Origin: Parcubacteria group bacterium
GTDB taxonomy: Bacteria; Pseudomonadota; Alphaproteobacteria; Caulobacterales; Caulobacteraceae
Reading direction: 5' to 3'
Assembly (NCBI GenBank): GCA_050260915.1
Contig: JBLNCT010000114.1
Location: forward strand, 3,220 to 67,219
Length of the DNA: 64,000 nucleotides
Shown here: positions 44,793 through 54,635 of the stretch, piece after piece
Layout of the letters: each line of letters begins with the position of its first letter
How positions within the stretch are numbered: the first letter of the stretch is position 1
The notes under the pieces: model-generated
What the model was told of the DNA's origin: nothing
Database searches by the model: none
Seen by the model: only the letters and a program-made list of their open reading frames with translations
Made by a program: the position numbers and the translations under genes

Positions 44793-47014
44793 CAGGAGGG
44801 CGGGGCGTCGCCTGCGCGGCGGAGCCGGTTCACAATCTCGAAGTAGCCAATCAGCGGCTGGTCATTGAGATCCCAAAGAGGTGCGCGGCCGCCCACCAGC
44901 GTGGCGCGGGAGAGAAGCTGGTTTCCGGCGATGCACGAGGTCTCCGGGATCATCACGCAGGCGGGACAGGCGCCGCCGCGGTGATCACAAAGCGTCCCGG
45001 AGCCGCACCTCAGTTCGCGCCGTCCGACCAGGTAGTGCAGGAAGGCGCCATTGTGGTCACGCCACATCGAAGAGATGTTGCCGAGATCCTCAGTCATCCC
45101 CCGACGATGCACGAGGAAGGCAAGGTCGGCCGGGAAGATCGCCTCGCTCATCGACCCCAGGTCGAGGCCCGAGTATCTCGCGACCGCGTGCATGGTGTGG
45201 TGCGCCATCGTGTGGAGCAGCAGGTAAGTCAGCGACGCCACGTCGCGTGTCCTCACTCGGGAGCCTTCGTCCCGCACCCTGAACTCACGCAGGAACGGAC
45301 CGAAGTCGTCGTAGCGTTCGATCAGGGCCGCCCCGATCGTCTTCGGCGGCGGCGGCGGGGGGTCCAGCACGCCGTTCAGCCGCAGGAATTCGGCCACGGC
45401 CATTGGGTCCAGGCGAACGTAAATCGCTTCGTTCTGCTGCTCGATGACGTAGATCGGACGCTTCTGGGTGGGAAGGCGCGGAAAGCCCATCAGCCGCACC
45501 GGCATCCGGCGATTCTTCTGGACCGTCTCAGGCGTGGCGGAGACGCGGGTGAAGCCGAACGAGAACTCCACCATGTCCAGGTTCCGGATCAGGTGAATGG
45601 CCTCAATGCCCGCCCGATCGAGGTCTTCGCCGACCCGGCGTCCATAGGCCTCGGTTAGGTCGGGGTCGCCGAACTCCGGGCAGAGATCCGCGTGCGCCTG
45701 GCGTAGATTGGCGGACTCTCCGGCTGGATCAATCTTCCGCCGCCGCAACGCGTCGTGTTCGATCGTGCTACGAAGTGGGTCATAACGGCGGGCGTAGTTC
45801 CGCCGCTCGTCGACCCGTGCGCTTAGGGCGGGGCTAGCGACCGTCTCGCGCACCACGATGCCGGCGGCGTACCAATCCTGCAGCAGGGCGCGCGCCGCCT
45901 CGCCGGAATCCCGGGCCAACGCTTCATTACCACCCGCACGGGCGGTCTCTTCCATCCGACGCATCATGGCGTAGCTCGCCCAGGCGGAGCCTCGGCCGTT
46001 CTGCTCAAGCTGTTCGCGAATGCGCTCATCGCTTGGATCGCTGGAGCCGAAGCCGTGGATCGAGGCGATGCGGGCCGTGAGCTCACTCTCGCGCCCGGGC
46101 TTCATCAGGGCGACGACCTCGGGATCGGAGTCGTAGACGATGAACCGCGCGGACTGCACGTAGAACACCGGCGACGCGCGGTAGGAGACCGGGATCATGT
46201 TGATCTCGCTCCACTCATGCGGCGCGCCGGCGTCCATGCGCGGCTTCAAGAGATCCAGACTGAACGGATCGGTCTGGTACACCTCACGCTCGGCGCGGCA
46301 GCCAACGCAGCGGAAGCGCCACCGCGAGAACTGAGCGCCGTTCTTAAGCAGCTGGAACTCCTCAACACCGCATTGGCAGCGTGGAATCTTTCGGAGCTCG
46401 CCGGCTCGATCCAGGGTGTAGCGGTAGGGAGAGAGCCCTTCGAGGCCGCCTGACCAATGCACATAGACCACGTCGAGCTGGCGCCATCGACACTCGCGGC
46501 GCCCCTCGCCCCCAGCCGTGCAGGCGCCTCCCAGAGGATCGGCGACCTGATGCGCCGGCGACACGAACTCGCGCACCCTTTCGCAATTGTCACAGCGATA
46601 GACGAGCGGCCCAGGTAAGTAGCCCATGCGCTCCGGCCGCATGAACTCAAAGCCATCCAGCGCGATGTCGACGGTATTACGGACCGGGTTGTAGAAGCAC
46701 AGGTCGAGCAGCTGCACCTCATAGACGGGCGCGTTTCGGCCGCCGCCGATCGCCATCCCGCGCGCCAGCCAGTTTTGGCAGTACTCCTCAAGACCTTCGA
46801 CGATCTGGTCCCGCCGTGTTTGTCGCGCCGAGAAGTCGATGACCGGCCCCTCCACCGGCGCGGCGATACAGGCCCCCTTGCCGCCCTCCCAGGTGAACAT
46901 CGCGCCGGGTGCATAGGCCGTCGCGAGCTGCGGCTGCGACCGGGTCATCCGCGGCGGATACTGGCGGATCGGAGCGCCTGCTGGGCCACCGCCGCCGGGT
47001 GGTTGATCGGTCAT
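44792..47014 (-). CDS. drmB: DUF1998-domain protein, DISARM DrmB-like
   Basis: SQPQLATAYAPGAMF N-terminus, LLHTMAHH, ACPACVMIPETSC..NQLLSR Zn-binding C-terminus. Confidence 0.85.
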   Translation of the reverse strand: MTDQPPGGGGPAGAPIRQYPPRMTRSQPQLATAYAPGAMFTWEGGKGACIAAPVEGPVIDFSARQTRRDQIVEGLEEYCQNWLARGMAIGGGRNAPVYEVQLLDLCFYNPVRNTVDIALDGFEFMRPERMGYLPGPLVYRCDNCERVREFVSPAHQVADPLGGACTAGGEGRRECRWRQLDVVYVHWSGGLEGLSPYRYTLDRAGELRKIPRCQCGVEEFQLLKNGAQFSRWRFRCVGCRAEREVYQTDPFSLDLLKPRMDAGAPHEWSEINMIPVSYRASPVFYVQSARFIVYDSDPEVVALMKPGRESELTARIASIHGFGSSDPSDERIREQLEQNGRGSAWASYAMMRRMEETARAGGNEALARDSGEAARALLQDWYAAGIVVRETVASPALSARVDERRNYARRYDPLRSTIEHDALRRRKIDPAGESANLRQAHADLCPEFGDPDLTEAYGRRVGEDLDRAGIEAIHLIRNLDMVEFSFGFTRVSATPETVQKNRRMPVRLMGFPRLPTQKRPIYVIEQQNEAIYVRLDPMAVAEFLRLNGVLDPPPPPPKTIGAALIERYDDFGPFLREFRVRDEGSRVRTRDVASLTYLLLHTMAHHTMHAVARYSGLDLGSMSEAIFPADLAFLVHRRGMTEDLGNISSMWRDHNGAFLHYLVGRRELRCGSGTLCDHRGGACPACVMIPETSCIAGNQLLSRATLVGGRAPLWDLNDQPLIGYFEIVNRLRRAGDAPPS

Positions 47015-47017
47015 CGC

Positions 47018-50000
47018 TCAGTCCTCGATATCAATTGGGGGCGGCTCGGCGTCGACGTCGGAGCGGGACAACACGCGCTGTCCCCGGATCACGCGCATCA
47101 CCTGGCGGACCGTCTCCAGGTGGACGTTTCTATTGCGCCACGGATCGCGGGTGGCCGCCATAATGACCCCACCGGCGTCGACGTCGCGCAGAGACGTCAT
47201 CGGCCGGCGCACGCGCGCCGTTTCAATGCTGCGCCAGAAATTTGCGATCCGGCTGCTGTCGGACCGGTGCGTGAACCTCTCGAGAAGTTCGCGGAAGCGA
47301 TCCTCGAGCAGGCGTTCGTAGTGGTCGGCATGGATCGCCGCGCCGGTGTGGTCGCCCCGGCCATAGAGTCCCACCGCGTCAACGCCGAACGCGGTGAGCG
47401 CCCGCACGGCGGCCGCGTATCCGCCCCCGGCATGATGATCCGCCCAGGCCTTGACGCTGGCGGCCACGGTGAAGGTGCGCGCCGACGTCTTGGCGGTCTC
47501 CGGGGCGGCGGCGAACAGCTCCTGTTCGACGAGGCCGCACAGATAGGCTTGAAGGAAGCTCGGAATGATCCGCTGGATGGCGCGATCGGCCCAGCGCTGG
47601 ACCGCCGGCGGCGGGATCATCCGCTCCAGGAATCGATGAAACTGGTCATGGGTCTCGATCACATAGCGGTCGCGCCGGCTGTGGGGTGTGGGCACCAGCA
47701 GGCTGAAGCCGACGTGGGTGCGTCCCACGCGGCTCGACGCCTGGATGTATTCGGCGATGTCCGCCGGAAGCCCGGCGAAGAACATCGCATTGAACTTGTC
47801 GACGTCCACCCCATGGCTGATGGCCGAGGTGGCGACAATGTTCCGGAGCGACTCTGACAGGGGCGGAAACGGCGTGCCGGACTCCGTGACGCCCTCCGCC
47901 CGGCGCATCACGTCCTGGATTTCGGCGACGGTCACCCCGCCGGAGATCAGGTCGGTGGTGAAGGGAAGGTCGCCAAGCCCTTCGCCGGCCTGGTCCCGCT
48001 CGACCTGGGACTGGAGGGTTTCAATGATCTGGTCGCCGCCCTTCTTGTTGGTGACGTAGGTCAGGGAGATGCGCAGCAGGTCGAGCAGCGTGGCGAGCAG
48101 ATCGGGTCGCCCATCAAGGGTGGCGGCGCGTTCCAGCGCCCGGCGGCGCAGCGGCGACAGGGGATCGTCGGCCGGCAGGACCTCGACCATCTCGGCGACG
48201 ACATCGCCTACGCGGCCTTCGACCAGCGCCTTCCAGAGCCGCGTGATCGTCAGGTGATAGGCCGAGACGATGGCGGAGGTCGTCATAGTATGAGACCGAC
48301 CGTTGGTCATCATAGAGACATAGATGCGCATCCGAGGTGCCGAGAGTTCAGGCCTCAAGCGCGCGGGCAGCGACGCGGCAAAGGCTTGGCGTTCCGGCGC
48401 TAGGGGTTCCCGCGGCGCGGCGTAGAAGGACTCGTAGAGATTGGGGCCCGGACAGGGGAAGCGAAGGGGGTTTCGCTGATAGAGCACACGCAGCTGCCGG
48501 TCCGGATCAGAGATCGTCGCCGTCGCGGCGATGACCTTGGCGAGACGAGGCCGTCGCGCCGAAGAGCCCGGCGGGGCCCAGGTGGCCACCTCGTTGCGCA
48601 GGACCGTCGACCCCAGGCGGGTGAGGATCGTCTCCAGAGCCGTTTCGAAGAGACCCGCGAAGGTTCCAAGGCTCTCGTCGAGAAGGTGCCCCTCGTCCTG
48701 GATCACCAGGCTGGGAAAGGGATCATGGAAGACGTTCGCGCCCGAGGCGAAGGCGGGACGCACGCGGGTCTGGCCGTTCTCCTCCGCCGCGCGCAAGGCT
48801 CGATCGCCGCGCGGCATGAACAGGTGCCGACTGTCCGGATCCATGTAGCGGGCGCAGCCCAGCATGCCGACGATGTGGTTGATGGTGCGGTCGTGCTGGC
48901 CGATGAGCGCCAGCTTGTCGATGGTCCCCAGAATCACTGAAGGCGCCCGCTGATAGATGGTGTCGTCCGTCAGCAGGAACGGGAGCGGCGTCCGGTGGGG
49001 CGCGGGTGGATTGGCGAGGTTCCAATCGCAGGCGGCGTTGAAGCAGACGATCCCTATCCGGCCGGCCTGGGCCGGGTACTTCCGCATCCCTGTCGGCTCG
49101 CCGCAGCACGGGCAGGTGCGCAGTTTGTCGTAGGACTCGAGCGCCTCCCTGTATCGATCGCGCCGCCGACGGGCGCGGACAGCCGCGTCGCTGTCTCCGG
49201 GCGCGGGGTTCAGTAGCGGCTGGTCATTCGGGTAGGCGGCGACGGTTACCGACGGCACGCCTCCGAAGCCCTGAGCGGCGCGGTTGGGGGTGTTGCCGGA
49301 CCCGACCCAGAACCCGACCTCAAACGGCCATCCAGGGATACGCGCCCGGAGACGCACGATCTCCGCCTGGACGAGGATGCGCGTTAGGCGCCGGGCCTGC
49401 TGCAACGTCAGCAGGCGTAGCGGATAGCGGACCATGGCCGTCACGCCCCGGTGTTTGCCGCGCAGCCGGTCGAAGAAGAGGTTGAAGATCAGCAGCCCGA
49501 AGAAGGCTTCCGACTTGCCGCCGCCGGTCGGGAAGTAGAGCAGGCTCGCGGAGAGCTCGTCACGCTCCGGGTCAAACCATCCCTCGAACTCGGGCATCCG
49601 GGACGCCAGCGTCGGCAGGTGGGCCAGGATGAAGGCGAGCTGGAAGAGCCGCCAATCTGTGAAGCGGCGCCCGCCATACGCGGCGAAGGCTTCATTCGTT
49701 CGGAGCCAGGCTTCCCAAGGCGCGGCACGCCGGGCCAACGCGGCGCGCGCCTCGGCGCCGAGCCCACTGTCGCTGGCGAGGCTCGCTGCCGCCTGCGCCG
49801 ACTCGGCCAGCAGATTGACCCCCTCACGGATGTAGCGGCTCTCCCGTCGGTAGGCGGCCAGGTCGGCTTGATGCGCGAGCCGTTCGGAATCCGCCAAGCC
49901 ATCCGGCAGCCCCGACGTGACGTCCAGACCTTCTTGGGACCGAATCCAATCGTCGTAGGCGTCCGGCAGCGCTAGAAGGTCCTGCACGTCCGTCTCGCGG

Positions 50001-51703
50001 CGGGCCAGGGTCACGTAGCTGGTCGGCACGCCAAGGATGGTTCGCGCCTCGACCTTTGGTTGGACATAGCGCGGAGCCCAGGTGGTCCTCACGCCGATCG
50101 ACCCGTGCGGGGCGTCGACCGCGCGAACACCGCAATTCAGACCCATCGCCGGGTAGTCGAGCCACTCGCGGAACCGATAAGACGGCTCCACACGGTCGAG
50201 CTTCAATGGCCTGTGGCATCGCTCGGGAACCGTCACCGTCAGCGCCACTTGGAAGAGGCCGTGCTCGAATGCGCTTGCGTCAAGGCCCGAGGGGCGGGAG
50301 GCACCGTTCTCGATGGCGAGCCGAAGATTAACCCGAGCGGGATCGACGAAGTCCGAGTCGACATCGACCACCAACGCCACTCCTGCCAAGTCCGGACGGA
50401 CGTCGTCCAAGACTGCCCGTCGGCGACCTCGTAGGGCGTCCAGATAGGCGGTCCAGCCGGCTTCCGTGCTGAAGTGGCTAGGCAGGATCCGTTCCCCGGG
50501 TCGGTACGCATCGCGCTGACCCTCTTCGGTATCGAGCCAGGCCTGCAGCGTACTGTTGATTTGCGCGACAAGCCGCGACGAGAAGCCCTCGACGGCTGCC
50601 GCGATCGTGGTGCTGTCGGAATAGTCGAGCCGGAACTCCCCCAGATCGAGCGGCCATCGGCGCCACTTCTGCGGAATTGGCTGCGGCGCGGCGTGCCGAT
50701 CGTCGAGCTGACCCGCGCCGGGCGCCAACGGGCCGACGGCACCCGCGCCCGGCGGCGGACCAGCCTCGTCCCCCCCCTCAGCGGGCGTCTCCAACTCGAC
50801 CGGCTCCGCCACATCCTCGTCCGAGACGGTCGGGGCGGTGGCATCCTGATCGGCGATGTCGGCCGCGGTCACCGCGCGACCCGAACCCGCGCCGTCCACG
50901 AAGCGGATGCCGAGCTCAGCGAAGGCGCGGTCGAACGCGTCCCGACGGATCGCGGAGATCAACGCACTCCGTTCACGGCGCGCCGCTGTTCGTCGATTGG
51001 CTTGGGCTCGCCGGGCCGCCGCGACCTGCTCGACACGCGCAGCGGCTTCGGACGTGGCCCGCGCCAAGCCCCGCGCTTCCCCGTCACTCGAGTCCTCGGC
51101 CGCCGCCTCCTCGGCGAGATCGGCCACCTCCCGCGCCTGTTCCGCTTCGGCCACGGCGTCTCCCGGGCGCTCGTCGGGCTCTTCATCCTCAACGGCGGGC
51201 AGTTCATCCAGGCGCGCCTGGATTAGCACCCGAGCGCGGTCCTCGACGGCTTGGCGGGACTGGCGTGACAGTTGGGTCTGCGGCGCCATCTCATGGCGAG
51301 GGTCGGAGATTTCCGCCCAGGTCGGCAAAAGGCGGACATAGATGGACGCCTCGGGCCGGACAATGATCTCGCCCGCCTCGTCGGCGGCCAGCTGCAGATC
51401 GAGGCCCATGGTGGCCAAGTGAATGTCACTGGTTTCGTCCTCGGTGCCGGTTTCATCGAACCGCGGTAGGAGGAAGCCGCTGACGAGCTGCGCGGAGGGG
51501 CGCCGGCCAAAGATCATGGCCCCTTCGGGCCCGTCCCCCGTGCATCGCTGGACCGTCAGGCCGAGCAAGGAGTCAACCAAGGCCTCCTTCGTCTCGGTGA
51601 GGTCCATCGCCTCGGCGTTGATGAAGCGGGTCTCAGCCTGTCCAAGGTTCGCCGCTCGTGGCGCGTCAGACGGATCGGCAGGCGGCTCGAATACGTCGGT
51701 CAT
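47018..51703 (-). CDS. drmA: Large SF2 helicase, DISARM DrmA-like (1561 aa)
   Basis: YFPTGGGKSEAF, RYPLRLLTLQQ, IQDEGHLL..LGT, AATATI, SHGVDVD, AEYIQASSRVGR. Confidence 0.88.
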   Translation of the reverse strand: MTDVFEPPADPSDAPRAANLGQAETRFINAEAMDLTETKEALVDSLLGLTVQRCTGDGPEGAMIFGRRPSAQLVSGFLLPRFDETGTEDETSDIHLATMGLDLQLAADEAGEIIVRPEASIYVRLLPTWAEISDPRHEMAPQTQLSRQSRQAVEDRARVLIQARLDELPAVEDEEPDERPGDAVAEAEQAREVADLAEEAAAEDSSDGEARGLARATSEAAARVEQVAAARRAQANRRTAARRERSALISAIRRDAFDRAFAELGIRFVDGAGSGRAVTAADIADQDATAPTVSDEDVAEPVELETPAEGGDEAGPPPGAGAVGPLAPGAGQLDDRHAAPQPIPQKWRRWPLDLGEFRLDYSDSTTIAAAVEGFSSRLVAQINSTLQAWLDTEEGQRDAYRPGERILPSHFSTEAGWTAYLDALRGRRRAVLDDVRPDLAGVALVVDVDSDFVDPARVNLRLAIENGASRPSGLDASAFEHGLFQVALTVTVPERCHRPLKLDRVEPSYRFREWLDYPAMGLNCGVRAVDAPHGSIGVRTTWAPRYVQPKVEARTILGVPTSYVTLARRETDVQDLLALPDAYDDWIRSQEGLDVTSGLPDGLADSERLAHQADLAAYRRESRYIREGVNLLAESAQAAASLASDSGLGAEARAALARRAAPWEAWLRTNEAFAAYGGRRFTDWRLFQLAFILAHLPTLASRMPEFEGWFDPERDELSASLLYFPTGGGKSEAFFGLLIFNLFFDRLRGKHRGVTAMVRYPLRLLTLQQARRLTRILVQAEIVRLRARIPGWPFEVGFWVGSGNTPNRAAQGFGGVPSVTVAAYPNDQPLLNPAPGDSDAAVRARRRRDRYREALESYDKLRTCPCCGEPTGMRKYPAQAGRIGIVCFNAACDWNLANPPAPHRTPLPFLLTDDTIYQRAPSVILGTIDKLALIGQHDRTINHIVGMLGCARYMDPDSRHLFMPRGDRALRAAEENGQTRVRPAFASGANVFHDPFPSLVIQDEGHLLDESLGTFAGLFETALETILTRLGSTVLRNEVATWAPPGSSARRPRLAKVIAATATISDPDRQLRVLYQRNPLRFPCPGPNLYESFYAAPREPLAPERQAFAASLPARLRPELSAPRMRIYVSMMTNGRSHTMTTSAIVSAYHLTITRLWKALVEGRVGDVVAEMVEVLPADDPLSPLRRRALERAATLDGRPDLLATLLDLLRISLTYVTNKKGGDQIIETLQSQVERDQAGEGLGDLPFTTDLISGGVTVAEIQDVMRRAEGVTESGTPFPPLSESLRNIVATSAISHGVDVDKFNAMFFAGLPADIAEYIQASSRVGRTHVGFSLLVPTPHSRRDRYVIETHDQFHRFLERMIPPPAVQRWADRAIQRIIPSFLQAYLCGLVEQELFAAAPETAKTSARTFTVAASVKAWADHHAGGGYAAAVRALTAFGVDAVGLYGRGDHTGAAIHADHYERLLEDRFRELLERFTHRSDSSRIANFWRSIETARVRRPMTSLRDVDAGGVIMAATRDPWRNRNVHLETVRQVMRVIRGQRVLSRSDVDAEPPPIDIED

Positions 51704-54504
51704 TCTTCACGCCCTTCGCGATCGCGGGGCTCCCGACCCACCACCGTATCCAAATGGTCCAGCGCTTGGATGCGAAGGACAGCAATCTTGTCGCGGATGT
51801 CCCGAGGGAGGCCCCCGGCGGCGCCGTGCGGATCGACCAGCACCGAGACGAAGGCCTGCGCCATCTTCAGGCCGGCGCGCTGCCGGGCGACTCGCATGTG
51901 CTGGATGCCTTCCTTCCACATCTTCTCCGCCAGCGGCGCGGAGTCGAGCACCTGCATGAAGGCGTCGAACTCGACGCGATTTTGCGGCGCATGGGGCCGG
52001 CGACGTTCGGCCGCCACCGCCTGGTGCTCGGCGACCTTCAGCCAATCGGTCACCGCCGCCTGGCTGACCGTCCGCGCGCCCAGCTGAGTCATCCTGGCCG
52101 AGACGCCGCGCGCCTTGGCTGCAAGGCTGTCACCGGGCAGGCTGGGCAGCGCCGCCTCGATTGTTGCGTGAAAAAGGGTCACCCAGTTCAGTGCGAGGAT
52201 GTGGATCGGCAGGACCCGGCGGGCCTCTTCGACAAATCCCCTGTCGGGTGCCACGATGACGTCGCCGACGGATATGTCCCGCGCCAGCGCGCGGTCGAAG
52301 GCGTTGATCTCGGCATCCCGCCGGTGACGTACGATCACCGAACCGGGTCGCGCCTTCAGCCATCGCCCGCTCTGCAGGGAAAGCACGACCACTGCTCGTC
52401 CGCTGTCGTCGTCGTCATCCACCAAGTCGATGACATCGTCCGCGGTATGCAGGATCGGCTGCGCCTCGAGTTCTAAGTCGATTGACCCCACAGCGCGGGC
52501 TTCCGCCTCGCGCCGCGCGGCGACCGAGATTGACTTGAGACGGGCAGCCAGGTCCGGCTGCGCCCGGATGTCGGGGTGGCTACCCAGGCCGCCATAGGTC
52601 GCCGTCAATCGCGTCGTGAACGCGTGGTCGCACAGGATGAGGACGTCTCCCGGCAGCCAGGTCCGGATCAGCAGGGCGGAGAGTCGGTCGAGCGTCGGCG
52701 CGACCAGCACCAGGCGTTTCCAGCTGTTCTTGTCCCGGCTGGCCTCGATCTCCGACAAGGCCAGGTCGAGATCTTCGATCGCCACGAGGCGGAGTTGGCC
52801 CGTACGGATCTTGCGTTCGACCGCGTCGGCGAGATCGCTCGCCAGCAACCGGCGCTCGGCCAACTTCAGCTCGATCCGGCTGCCCACGACCACGAGGCTC
52901 CGGCTCGACTTGCGGACCAGCGCAGCCGCCGACTGACCCAGGAGCGAGCCAATCGGCGTGTCATCATTGAGCCCGTCGAAGGCTGCCCTGACCGCCGTCT
53001 CGGCCTCCACCAGCCGCGCTCGCTCGGCCCCGGCGGCAGATCCGGAAAGCGCGTCCAACAGGGGCGTCAGAACTGTCCCTTGCGAGCGACGCTCTAAGAA
53101 CATCTCCGCCGCGCCCTGACCTTCGATCTCGCAGAGCCACTCGAACGCCGGCTGCAGGCCACATGGCAGCGATGCGGCCCGCCGCAATCCGCCCATGGCC
53201 CGCCGCAGCGCCCCCGCCGCGGCCCCATCGGACAGGCCGCGCGCCGCCGCCGAGAGCGCGCGTAAAGCCTCCGCGGAGTGGCCTGCTGCCGAGGCGACGC
53301 TCACCGTGATCGGCGACAGGGCCCCCGGAGCGGGATCGTCGATCAGGGGCTCGTCGCTCGCCCGGATCAGGACCTGCGACCTGTGGGCGGCTGTTGCGCC
53401 GGAGCCCTCGCCGATCATCCTGCCGACCTGGCGATGGACATATCCATCCTGGGCGATCGCCACGATAGGCAACCCGGGGAATCGCTTCCGGGTCGCCGTG
53501 ATGAAGTCGCGGACGAGATCCTCCCATTGATAGCCCAGACGGGAAAGCGCGGGGGGGCCGAGGTCGAGGAGGCAGAGGTCGGGATTGCCCAGCGTCGGGC
53601 GCGACAGCACGCGACGCAGGTCCGCGCGCGCCGTGACCCCGAACAGGCCGAACGGCGCCGTCGTGGGGCCGCTGAGGATCGGCCTGTGATCCGACAAGCG
53701 GCTGATCGCGGCGCCGTGGCGCACGCGCCCAAAGAGCTCGCCTACAGCTGACCCGAAGGCCGGCGGCGCGTTATCGCCGCCGTCAGCCACGAAGACGGGG
53801 TAGATCTCGGAAAGGGTCGGAAAGGCCAGGTGCGGTTGCGTGCTGTCGCGCAAGCTCAAGTTCGAGAGATGGGCGATCGTCTCGTGCAGCTTGGCCAAGC
53901 CGTCGGAGATTTCCGGCTCTTGGAGCATCCGGCGTGTGAGGTGCCGGCCGTTGCGCTTCAGCAGCTCGGCCCGGTCGATCAGCAGCGACCGCTGTGCCGC
54001 GCCGGTCGCCCCGCCCCGCCATGGAAAATAGAGCGTACGGAAGTCCGGGACGGCGTCGCACCAGATATGTCCCGCGCGGGTCTGGTCGAGCGGCGTGCAG
54101 ATCATGGCGAGCATCGCCAGGGGATGCAGCAGCAGCACATCGCGCTGACCTGTTGGCCATTGCAGTGTGGCCGACGACTCTCCCGTGGTCGCGGCGCAAA
54201 GAAAGGACCGCAGCAACTCGGCGGTCGGACGGTTCAGGGGAAGCGCCGGCCCGACCTTGGCGGCGCGTCCCGTGTCGTCGAGACGGCGAAAGCGCAGCCG
54301 CACGACCGCCGCGTAGACCTGCTCCACATCAAGGTGAGAAAATCGCGTGGTCCAGGGTTCAGCGGCGGTGGCGGCAGTGACGCGATCGGCGCGTGGTTTG
54401 AGCTTGGCGACCAAGGCACGACGCGCAAGCGCCGCTTCGTGCTGCGCCTCCTGAATCTTGCGGAGATTGTCTCCACCCCACTTCACGCCCCTACGCTCCA
54501 ACAC
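51700..54504 (-). CDS. 934-aa unknown protein heading the DISARM-like operon (DrmE-like by position and size)
   Basis: 4-nt overlap with drmA; no intact Walker A recognisable; Rossmann-like strands (LCLLDLG, IVAIAQD, LVLVAP) suggest a degenerate RecA-like fold. The DrmE assignment is inference. Confidence 0.55.
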   Translation of the reverse strand: MLERRGVKWGGDNLRKIQEAQHEAALARRALVAKLKPRADRVTAATAAEPWTTRFSHLDVEQVYAAVVRLRFRRLDDTGRAAKVGPALPLNRPTAELLRSFLCAATTGESSATLQWPTGQRDVLLLHPLAMLAMICTPLDQTRAGHIWCDAVPDFRTLYFPWRGGATGAAQRSLLIDRAELLKRNGRHLTRRMLQEPEISDGLAKLHETIAHLSNLSLRDSTQPHLAFPTLSEIYPVFVADGGDNAPPAFGSAVGELFGRVRHGAAISRLSDHRPILSGPTTAPFGLFGVTARADLRRVLSRPTLGNPDLCLLDLGPPALSRLGYQWEDLVRDFITATRKRFPGLPIVAIAQDGYVHRQVGRMIGEGSGATAAHRSQVLIRASDEPLIDDPAPGALSPITVSVASAAGHSAEALRALSAAARGLSDGAAAGALRRAMGGLRRAASLPCGLQPAFEWLCEIEGQGAAEMFLERRSQGTVLTPLLDALSGSAAGAERARLVEAETAVRAAFDGLNDDTPIGSLLGQSAAALVRKSSRSLVVVGSRIELKLAERRLLASDLADAVERKIRTGQLRLVAIEDLDLALSEIEASRDKNSWKRLVLVAPTLDRLSALLIRTWLPGDVLILCDHAFTTRLTATYGGLGSHPDIRAQPDLAARLKSISVAARREAEARAVGSIDLELEAQPILHTADDVIDLVDDDDDSGRAVVVLSLQSGRWLKARPGSVIVRHRRDAEINAFDRALARDISVGDVIVAPDRGFVEEARRVLPIHILALNWVTLFHATIEAALPSLPGDSLAAKARGVSARMTQLGARTVSQAAVTDWLKVAEHQAVAAERRRPHAPQNRVEFDAFMQVLDSAPLAEKMWKEGIQHMRVARQRAGLKMAQAFVSVLVDPHGAAGGLPRDIRDKIAVLRIQALDHLDTVVGREPRDREGREE

Positions 54505-54635
54505 CCCGCCCGCAGACCGCTACAGTTTGGCTTGCTGCACGCAGAAGTAGAAGCTCAATTTTCGCCGTCGACTGAGCCGAGGCAGGGTGAGGCCCGAGAC
54601 ACAGGTCCGCATTGGGGGAATCGAACTCTCCGCTC

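Noticed and set aside
54600-54635. ggaatcgaac resembling a tRNA T-loop (minus strand gttcgattcc)
   Set aside because: The flanking bases do not form a T-stem or cloverleaf, and there is no acceptor stem or CCA.
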